From Setoptus koraiensis (Eukaryota > Animalia > Arthropoda), in assembly GCA_048013815.1 (NCBI GenBank), contig CM106585.1:21390001-21454000 (forward strand): a stretch of DNA of 64,000 nt, given 5' to 3'. The translations under genes and the position numbers were made by a program. Positions 37,627 to 46,683 of the stretch are shown here, piece by piece (position 1 is the stretch's first letter; each line of letters starts with the position of its first letter). The notes below the pieces were generated by a model. It was not told the DNA's origin. It was given only the letters and a program-made list of their open reading frames with translations, and made no database searches.

Positions 37627-40048
37627 TACACGGCGTGCTTTTGTTGGGGCCGCGCCGATACGACGCAGCCAGTTATGAGTAGATGCCCGAAACGTTGGCA
37701 CCACTGGCCGGCCTCTGGACTCCAGAGTCTGGAGCGGTCGCAACAACGTGCCAGCCAGCCTGGCAACGGCACGATATGCGATATATTGCCTGGGCACAGT
37801 TGAGCCACAACGGATCGAGATGGATCTGTTTCATTTCCGTTGCGGGAGGGATACGCGGCTGTGGACAGACTGGCTTCACTTGTGCCAGCACTTTCGCTCT
37901 GGCGCCAATCTCTGTGGGGGCGCGTTTAGCCAGAGCGGCTTTGCGGCCAGGTGAGCGCACCCGCACCCGCAACCAACGACAGCGCCCCGGCGTGTGTCCG
38001 GGCCGCCGCAAAGCTGCAAATGTGATCCAAAGTAGCGCTGCTTTTTGTGCGACTCAACTGGGCCCGAGAGGCGGCCCTCTCAATCATAGCGCCATCTTGG
38101 CATGCCGATCATGCCGACAATTCTCCTTCGCCAGCAACAACAACAACAACAACTACAACAACCAGCAACAACAACAACGACGACAACAGCGGCCAGCTAC
38201 AACAATGGCAACCAGCAAAGTGATAAAGGGCCAAAAAAGGCAAAATAGCAAAGTTGGCCAATATCAGGGCCACGCCGAGCCGAATCGAGCGCCGATTCAA
38301 GGCTCGCAACACTTGCAAACACGGGGGCATTACATCATTGTAATCTCTAGTCGCATGAAATCAAGATCGGGCCGCTTTTGGGCATTAGGTGGCTGGCGCG
38401 GCATTTTACAGGCTAGCGCGCGCAAGTTACATAATAAAACTGGCGCGCTAACACCGGTGAAAGTCAGCCAGCCAAAGTGGCTTAAATCTAGCCAAAAACA
38501 ACTGCAGCAGCTAATATGAAAAAGTAGACACTGGCACACTTTTTCAAAACTAGATTTATATATAAGCGGTGCAACATTGTAAATGATACATGTGTTGTTG
38601 ATGATGGAAGGCCAGCAAGAGAGGAATTTTGAGTTGAATTGGTGAAAATGGCCAGTGAGTGTCCCTCGAGCTTTGCGACTAGCGACCAGCGACTGGCCAC
38701 TGGCCACCGGCCACTGGCAACCGATCCGACCCCAATGATAAACAGTCGCGTTTGTGTGGGTAAATTTGGGTCTGTTTGCGTTTGGGTGGTCGCTTGCTTG
38801 TTTGTTTGTTTGTTTGTTTGCGTCTGTGTGTTTTGTTTGTGTTCTCTCTGGCCAGACTTTGCCAGGCTCTTTGTTTTTATTTGTGAGCTGCCGTTTGGCT
38901 CATTCAGCCGTTTACCATTGAGCCTCGGCCTCTCAGTCGCTAAGTCATTTAGCCAGCCAGTCCGGTCGGTGGGGCCAGTGAGGCCAGTGAGGCCCGTGGC
39001 GCCAGCGTGCAGTTACTTAGCCTCTACAAATAGCCTGGCACATACCATACCTACGACTAGCATACCTACAACCAGCGCACCGACAACACACCGAAAACGG
39101 ACGAGAAACAAGCAATTGCAACCCCGAAATTACGTCTCGACAGAGCGAGAGAGATAGCGGATCATTGATCAAGGACCAAATAAATTGTAAAGTGGCCGCC
39201 GAAATTATCATGTGTCTCGGCGTGCGCCAACAATAACAACAATCACTCGTGTCTGTATGATTATAATGGTCGGGGGTCACCTGATCGCCGCTTCACACAA
39301 ATAGCAGCTACATATGTTATGTAACTCAGCGCTGGCCAGCTCAACAACTAGCCAGAGGCAGCCAGTAGTAGAGTCTTGGCAACTTTTTTAGTGGCCATTC
39401 GCGATACGAGAGCTTAGCTAGATGGCTGTAATAGCTGTTGTGACGACAACACACATTATGTAACATACCGTATACTATATATTTTTGTAGTATAGGTGGT
39501 ACAACTTGATACGATTGCACTGTGCACAGTTGTATCAAGTTTTTACCATAGAAGTATGTACTATTTGATTACTATTATTACATACATTTCTGGCCACTCG
39601 AGGCGCTCGGCCTAATAATAATAACAGTAACAATACCTGCACATAGATAGGGGGCCCCTTGCTCATCAGCGGCAACTCGAGCAGCAGCGTCATCTTTGTT
39701 CGGCCCCGGCCCGATGGACCAAGATACCTGGGGCAACTCTAATTTGATTATGTTTGATACATGCCTTCGTTGTATGACTGTTGTTGCGCAAAAAGTGCCC
39801 ACCCCACACCCTTAACTATATATTATGGAGGTTATTAATAGAGGGCCAAGCAACACACACACACTAAGACATTATTATTGCCACGGAAACGTGGCCCAGG
39901 TCACCTAGGCTAGATGCCCGTGCCAACGGCCGTCGACGGTCAGCATAGTTCTGGGCGCCAATCACGAGATATATCGTGCCAAAATTTTATTACTGCTGCT
40001 ACGAATACCCCGACTCGTCTCATCTCTGCTCTGGAAACTACATTCTAG

Positions 40049-40264
40049 CCAAATCATCTATCACTGGACGCCTCTCTGTCGGCCTCTTCTCGCTGGTGGC
40101 ACCGCCAAACTCAACTCACAATGCAGATGCATGGTGCCGACGACTCAAATGAGCCCAGTCCTGTAAAGAGGAGCGGATATGCTGAGATTCTCAACAAGTT
40201 CATTCTATCCACAAAAACAACAATAATCTCGCCAAACGACGAGTACTCAATAATTACTTATTAA
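40049..40264 (+). CDS. Possible terminal coding exon (PNHLSLDAS...SPVKRSGYAEILNKFIL...YSIITY*) of an unidentified gene
   Basis: 71 open codons after CATTCTAG|, with a coding-like composition, followed by an AT-rich UTR-like tract. No domain recognised. Confidence 0.25.
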   Translation, partial: PNHLSLDASLSASSRWWHRQTQLTMQMHGADDSNEPSPVKRSGYAEILNKFILSTKTTIISPNDEYSIITY

Positions 40265-40844
40265 TGCGCTCTCACATATTGTATGCATACCGTTGTAGAC
40301 AGGGCACATTATGCAGTATACAGTCCTCATTTGTTGCAGAGATGTAAAGATCATCAATAATATATAACAATAATAACACATCGTGCATGTAATCAACCTG
40401 TCACTAGCAAGACATAGATTTTCCCTGAAAATCTCTCAAAATCCAGGAGAAGATAGTAAGGAGAAAATGAGGCAAATAAGTCTGATAAGTTGCGAATACA
40501 CAGTAGTGTAACAGTTTGCTAATAACAAACTGGATACAACTTACATCATCAATATACCAAGTGCTATTATCAATCAAAATTAATGGATCAATAAAATTAA
40601 ACTTCTTGTTTTGCGCGCTCTGGAAAAAAAGTTTTAAAAACGCCATCTGGCGATCAACATAGCGCTCTCATTGATGCTATGGGTTTGTTTACACTTTTGA
40701 AAATTATACACTGTTTCCACTGTGAAGCATACGTAACCATTCACCAATTTCCAACACCGGCGATATATCGTCTTTAATTGTGGTAATTTATTAAATATAC
40801 ACTATTATTTATTATTATCACATCCATATAATCACTATTGTCAA

Positions 40845-41057
40845 ATGCATCAATCAAGAAAGCGAAAATCCGACTCTGGTTCATCAAGTGCAAAGAAGCC
40901 CAGACCCGCAAAAGCACCCAAAACGCTTGCTGAAGAGCTTAAGAGACTGGAAGCAATAATATACACTAAAGATGATGCATATTATAACAATATAAAACTT
41001 TTCACTGATCCGCCTGTCTTCACTGAATGGGATCCCGAAATAGAAATCAAATTTTAA
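40845..41057 (+). CDS. Small basic hypothetical protein (70 aa) with an NLS-like RKRK...KKPR segment
   Basis: ATG in a CAAATG context, non-repetitive sequence, located in the gene-dense block just upstream of GSKIP. Confidence 0.45.
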   Translation: MHQSRKRKSDSGSSSAKKPRPAKAPKTLAEELKRLEAIIYTKDDAYYNNIKLFTDPPVFTEWDPEIEIKF

Positions 41058-41156
41058 GAACGAATTCAGCCCTATTGATTATATTTATTATAGATGATTA
41101 TGATTTTATCCATCACACATGATACATCAATTTAACTTTGATAGACTCGCTGACCA

Positions 41157-41558
41157 ATGGATTGCTACGATATCATAGATTGGAACGAAGAGGCAAAAGC
41201 GATTATTCGAGACGTCAAGCAATTTGTGAACAAGATAGATCTCAGCAAGATCAATAATGAATCTGATCCTCACAATAATCAACAAATCTATATTAATCTA
41301 GAGACAAAAGAAGGTCATCAGTTTACTCTCTGCCTGAGCGCATCAGGCCTCAGAATATGTGCTAGTACATTCGACTTCGACGAGGAACACTCAAGATCTG
41401 ATAGTAATACAGATGGTGAAGACTCAACAGGAATGGAGTCAGAGGTCTATGAAACTATATATGCTCTGTTGACAAACAAAAGTCCAGCATACAGACAGGC
41501 CTTCGCTAGTGCTCTAGCAAACAAAATCGACGCCATTAATTACAATAAACAGATTTGA
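41157..41558 (+). CDS. GSKIP: GSK3-beta interaction protein (DUF727 family)
   Basis: Motifs EAKAIIRDV, IYINLETKE, YETIYALL and SPAYRQAFASAL match GSKIP (EAEAVVNDV, AYINVETKE, HETVYSLL, SPAYREAFGNAL). Confidence 0.93.
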   Translation: MDCYDIIDWNEEAKAIIRDVKQFVNKIDLSKINNESDPHNNQQIYINLETKEGHQFTLCLSASGLRICASTFDFDEEHSRSDSNTDGEDSTGMESEVYETIYALLTNKSPAYRQAFASALANKIDAINYNKQI

Positions 41559-41653
41559 TTATCGATTTTCGTTAGTGAATCGTTTAATTTTGAAAGGGTG
41601 GGCCCATTTGATCATATGAATTATGATAGTTGACTAATATATTAGTGGATGAA

Positions 41654-44600
41654 TCATTCTTCTAACATTAGATCTTCCTCTATTTCTTCGTCACTTTGAG
41701 GTGCTGGATCCGAATTCTCGACAGTATCTTCTTCCTCAGCACTTTTATTCTTTTCTGAATTGTCGCCCGGCAGCACCTCTATCATAGTCGATTGAAACTC
41801 ATCGAATGTGCGTTTTCTAGAATGATCATGGACTCGCTCCGCTATGTCGACCTGATGTCTAAATTTAGTATATTGGCTCTTCAGAACCTTACTCTTAACG
41901 CTTAATCTATCAATGATGGATTCCAGTTCTGATAATGCATTCTCTAGGTCATCGAGAGATTCGGAGTTCGCCTTCTTAATATCGAAAGAGGCGAATGAAT
42001 ATATCAAGAAGCCGCAAAGATCATTGCAAGTGTCGGTTTGATGTCTACTCAATTCTCTGATTCTTCTAGCAACACTAATAGCGATAGGAACATGACACAC
42101 CACTGGTATCAGACTACACATAAACCTTATCATACAGTAAATATCTGATGCAACCATTATATTGTATCCTTCCTCTAGGATGTAAGCATGAAGACTTTCT
42201 ACTCCAATTAGGAATGTCTTCTCCAGTAGACTGTAAAGATTAGCTTCAGATTCACGTGATCTTCCGGTCAAATCTTCAACAAGAATAGGTAAGAATACCC
42301 CTATGTATTGTTTAACTCGTGAATGTGTTCTAGGATGGTACCACCATAGTATGAGATCAGCCAGTATCTCGGGGGACGACAACTTCTCAAAATAGAAGAG
42401 CTTGGAGACTCCTTCAGTAAGCGCTTTTAAATATTCTAATGTGGATATATTGTTATCTTTAGGATTAAATTGTCCATATTTCTTCAATGGCCCTCTGAAG
42501 AGGTTGTACAATTCGGATTCTTGCACCTCTACATCTCTATGTTGTATCACTACGTCAACTAAACTGCGATAACTTCGAGTTTTTACTTCAATCATCGGAT
42601 CTTTACAGCCGCCAACAAGTAATGCCAATGTACCTGCTTGTAGGGCATAGTTCTTATCTGTTAAAGCAGCCAAACCCGTGCAACGTATAACGAGACTCTT
42701 GATTGTAGGATCATTAGTCCATTCCATACCTTCCAGAGATAATAATGTAAGATGAGCACTCATTGTAGTCGGGACTTCCTTGAGATCACAATACTCGAAA
42801 CAAGCCGCAAACATCTGCAAACACTTGAGCAATTCAGATCGGTGATGCTTGAAGATTTGAATTTCCTCAGAACCGAAGTCTATACTGAGGAGATGGGCAG
42901 CTGAACTTCGGGCACTTGCATTGTAACCAATATCAGGGAAAGCTATCAGCGACTGGCGTTTGTCATTTAGCAGTTTGATGTTTGTCTTCAGTTCTTCTAT
43001 CTTCTTGCGAACACTTTCGTCAAAGTCTGGGTCTTCATTGTACTTTTCCTCGGCATCTCTAAGGTCTACTTTACTCTGAGCGATCTCATTCTCTATAACA
43101 ACATCTAATGGCAAAGTTTGAGAATTTGAGACTCTCCTAGGTTTGAAGGGAGTGCTCGATTTAGCTATCTCTTGGGTGCTTCTTCGACATCTATCTGTGA
43201 GATCCTCCAAGTTAGATCTAACCTCCATGATCATGTCGGAGACCAGGCTGACCAAAAGATTTGGGCTGGTTTTGTATATCAGCTTAGATAAGCATCTCAC
43301 TATGGGAGTGATGAAATCATTGAATGCTCCAGTCAAGAGATTTTCCTTCAGCATCATACGAAATACTTCCTGAGTATTTTTACGCTCTAATTCGTCAACT
43401 ACTTCATAGGTTTCAATGAATTGCATCAGTTGTTGGTATACGAATTCTAGTTTAGCAACTGATCTGTTTTCTCGTTGTTGTTCAATTTTTTTATGGGAGC
43501 GCTGGACGAATTCTTTGATATAGTCGGCTAAAGTAACAAGGTCTGGGCACAACCTTTCGTATAGATCTATCTCCTCCTCCTGGGGAATTACATTGTCATC
43601 TATTAACTTCTCAATACTAGTATCGGCGTCAACATGTGGAACTAGTTTTAGTAGTGGAATGGACGCAGAGTTTTTTTTGCAGAAACGCAGTAATGTCATC
43701 CAAACGAACACAGACTTTTCATCCAGACGATCGAAATGAGGCAATCTTGTTTGAGCATTTAGTAGGTTTTGTCTGAGCATTTCAACGTTTGAATGTAATC
43801 TCGTAGTTCCATTCGTTTGGATATTCTCCAAGTCTTCCATATAGATCAGGTCAACAAGTCTTTGCATATCATCTAGATAATTAACAACATCAAAGGATTG
43901 AATTAGTTTGATGAGGTCAACACGATCATACAACTCCTTGGTCCACAAATCCAAAGTGCGACTGCGGAATATATATGCCAGATGACGACATCTCTCATTC
44001 AACCCGTTATGAATAACACGGTGGCGCTCCTCTAGCGTTAGATCCGAGGGATTGATCAGGCCCAAACGATTGTACGCAACTTTTCTTATAGACTCATTGG
44101 AGTCACGAGTGGAATCAATCAAAAATCCGTGTTTGAAGACTTTAGTATCCATAACTTGTATGAGGGCTTTACGCACAATAGGCTCCGGATCGCGTTCAAA
44201 ATGATGAATAAATGCCTCGCGAATTAATCTACAATCCTGAAATGTTTTAGAGGCAAGTACAGCATGTGCACGAATGATAGATTTTTTGTCTCTCATTCTT
44301 TTGCCCAGACTTGTTTGAAGTACCTCGCAGATACCCTGGTCCAAAGAGGCCACTGATGAGAGCACCTTAGCGATCAATATGACAGCATTACATCGGCAAT
44401 TATCATTCACTGACTGCATGTAATGATTGATGACATCTAGAACAACAGCACTAATAAGTCTATCATGATTTGTGACCTCGTATAATTCTAACTGAGACTG
44501 TTGAGAACCATTTACGGATGATAAGACATCGCACAATTCATCATCGATTGGAATTTGTTGTTTTCTTTTGTTGGCATTTCGTTTAGGATTGTATGTTCGT

Positions 44601-45001
44601 CCACCTCTCGCGGATCTTCGTCGGGTTTGTTTTTCCTGTTGTTTTGCCACAACTGTTTCATCGTTTTCCGGTGCATCAGACGATGGGGCAGCTGATTTTA
44701 TTTGCGAAATATATTCTAAGAAAGTGCAAACAAATTCACAGGCAGTGTTAAAGAATACCTTGTTGGCCGGCGCCGATTGTAGAAGATTCCTCAGGCAATG
44801 TTTAAATGATGTGATAAATTCATTATAGTCGGTGTTCCTATAGAGCTTCTTGAGTTCCGTTAGCGACGAGTCGGTCGATGTAACATGTTGTCCACTATTG
44901 AATATGTTGACAATGGCAGCGTGGCAATTGCTGTTGTTGACAGTTCTCTCGCCTAGTGGACCCAAGGAAACGTTTGTTGACATATTTGTGGCAGTCGGCA
45001 T
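41654..45001 (-). CDS. NCAPG: Condensin I HEAT subunit CAP-G (Cnd3/Ycg1), intronless, about 1115 aa from the first ATG
   Basis: HEAT motifs RMRDKKSIIRAHAV, RDPEPIVRKAL, TRDSNESIRKVAY and GLNER match CAP-G. The C-terminal Cnd3-like region contains EGVSKL and LILWWYHP...KQYIGVFLP. The ORF track starts at a TTG (45055); the first ATG is at 45001. Confidence 0.92.
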   Translation of the reverse strand: MPTATNMSTNVSLGPLGERTVNNSNCHAAIVNIFNSGQHVTSTDSSLTELKKLYRNTDYNEFITSFKHCLRNLLQSAPANKVFFNTACEFVCTFLEYISQIKSAAPSSDAPENDETVVAKQQEKQTRRRSARGGRTYNPKRNANKRKQQIPIDDELCDVLSSVNGSQQSQLELYEVTNHDRLISAVVLDVINHYMQSVNDNCRCNAVILIAKVLSSVASLDQGICEVLQTSLGKRMRDKKSIIRAHAVLASKTFQDCRLIREAFIHHFERDPEPIVRKALIQVMDTKVFKHGFLIDSTRDSNESIRKVAYNRLGLINPSDLTLEERHRVIHNGLNERCRHLAYIFRSRTLDLWTKELYDRVDLIKLIQSFDVVNYLDDMQRLVDLIYMEDLENIQTNGTTRLHSNVEMLRQNLLNAQTRLPHFDRLDEKSVFVWMTLLRFCKKNSASIPLLKLVPHVDADTSIEKLIDDNVIPQEEEIDLYERLCPDLVTLADYIKEFVQRSHKKIEQQRENRSVAKLEFVYQQLMQFIETYEVVDELERKNTQEVFRMMLKENLLTGAFNDFITPIVRCLSKLIYKTSPNLLVSLVSDMIMEVRSNLEDLTDRCRRSTQEIAKSSTPFKPRRVSNSQTLPLDVVIENEIAQSKVDLRDAEEKYNEDPDFDESVRKKIEELKTNIKLLNDKRQSLIAFPDIGYNASARSSAAHLLSIDFGSEEIQIFKHHRSELLKCLQMFAACFEYCDLKEVPTTMSAHLTLLSLEGMEWTNDPTIKSLVIRCTGLAALTDKNYALQAGTLALLVGGCKDPMIEVKTRSYRSLVDVVIQHRDVEVQESELYNLFRGPLKKYGQFNPKDNNISTLEYLKALTEGVSKLFYFEKLSSPEILADLILWWYHPRTHSRVKQYIGVFLPILVEDLTGRSRESEANLYSLLEKTFLIGVESLHAYILEEGYNIMVASDIYCMIRFMCSLIPVVCHVPIAISVARRIRELSRHQTDTCNDLCGFLIYSFASFDIKKANSESLDDLENALSELESIIDRLSVKSKVLKSQYTKFRHQVDIAERVHDHSRKRTFDEFQSTMIEVLPGDNSEKNKSAEEEDTVENSDPAPQSDEEIEEDLMLEE

Positions 45002-46683
45002 ATTGCAAGCAATAAAATGATTTCTATTGATATGGATGTTGATTGAATGTAGCAATTGGATTATAAGCCGCCAGTGTGATAAATAAAAGTTGTAATGATA
45101 ATGAGCAACGTCCGTCTATCGGGGCGGCATACGGCCATGTAAATGGGTGGCAAAAATAAAATTTCCAATTAGATGCTGATGTTAGGCTAATTTCTAGTAG
45201 GGGATATTTTTCTCATAATAGATTGGGATATTAGTGACGAAATGCCTGCGAAGGGGAGTGATATAGTTGTTGGTCGCGTTACTGCTATACAGTAAAATAT
45301 GTGCCAGTAGTGCAGCAGTTCTGTTACTGTGATGTTTGTGTTGTGCTGTTGTTGTGTGCGCACAACAAAATCAATTGCAGCGGCACAAAGTGAACGCAGC
45401 AACAGTTCGTCTGTTTTTCCCCTCTTTTCATTGTGCCTCTAACAAGTTGTTTGTTGTAGTTGTGCTCGGGGGAAAAAGCATCGACTACGTGCAACCGGCG
45501 TTGCTAGCAACGAAATGGAAATGCACGGCTCAACACACTTGGCAAAAGATGCAAGCAACACAAACGAGCACATGGTTTGGCGCGTAAAACCCATAAACAA
45601 AGATTGAAAAAATAGTGCGCTGACTGACATTGATCTGTGCATTGGCCACTCGCACTGATTACTGACAACTAACACACCATCTCATTCGACGCTAATCGTC
45701 GGGGGTGGTGTTTTTAGATCGTAGTTGTTGGTTCCAATCGGACCGACAGAGAATTCACACACACTCGATAATTGTTATTGCGCCGACAGTGAGTCTCCCT
45801 CTGCACGCCGCTCACCGTCGTTGCCTATGTCGTTGAACGCCGATTAACGGCCGACAACGCTGACCATTGGCGGTGTTGAATGGTCATATTAAATTACCCA
45901 ACTCAAGCAATTACAATAACGAATAGTAGTAACTCATCAAGGAAATCAATGTCTTTTGTACAATCGAGTCCCGACAATCACGGCGATGGCCAAAAAATAT
46001 CTCGAGCCATCAGACATCCTGTGGCCGATTAGTCAGTCTCAACTGTGACTTTGTCCATCTCGAACCGCAAATTGGATAAACACACGGAACGAGCTCACAA
46101 TATGATTCATCTTTAAGTATGTTTATAATTTGTATAATTATAGGGACGTTGTAATAACAGCAACAGACACACTATCGACCCACCATCAATATTACCTATA
46201 TCCAGCCTCGTTGTGCCTCCATTGTTGCTAAATTTGACATGAGGCAGGCACACAACAACTACGATACTGAACTGCATTTGAAACAAACATGTTGTTGCGT
46301 TTTTTATCCAGGCTATGAATCATCGCGCACACATACAAACGCACACGCACAATCGCAGACAGACACACTAATACATGTACACTATCGTTGGAGTAGATAA
46401 ATGGCATTAAAACAACTAAAATCAAACAGTGAATACCTTAAACATATTACATTATTTTTATTTTCCACATCAGGATGACAGACTCAGGGAAACAATATCA
46501 GAAACGAGGGATATAGTGGAAAAATAGTGCACGCTGGCCGCGCTCCTACAACCACGCTGTCGAAAAGGATAAATTTTCTATGATGCTGGCTGCTTTACAA
46601 AGTAAAAGAAATCATTTTCTTGCAACAACAAACTCAAAGTTCAACTGTCATAATCCAAGTCCAGTACAAACCCCAGACCCGAA

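Larger units (their letters stand above)
720..40000. other. GC/CpG-rich, GGGCCC-saturated gene-poor domain (probable regulatory or intronic DNA)
   Basis: ORFs here are short, overlapping, built from repeats and have no recognisable domain. 15 GGGCCC sites were counted by eye in 1-3400. There is a sharp switch to AT-richer, gene-dense DNA near 40.2 kb. Confidence 0.7.

Noticed and set aside
37760-37810. Minus-strand CRCQAGW, EGF-like
   Set aside because: The final EGF cysteine and the upstream cysteine spacing are absent.
39961-40030. KFYYCCYEYPD resembling nicotinic acetylcholine receptor loop C
   Set aside because: No flanking receptor motifs or TM1, and the frame is bounded by stops.
45606-46536. 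Similar motifs GAAAAAATAGTGCGCTG (45606) and GAAAAATAGTGCACGCTG (46519) in the divergent NCAPG/IRE1 intergenic region
   Set aside because: Only two imperfect copies and no matching known element, so a promoter call cannot be supported.
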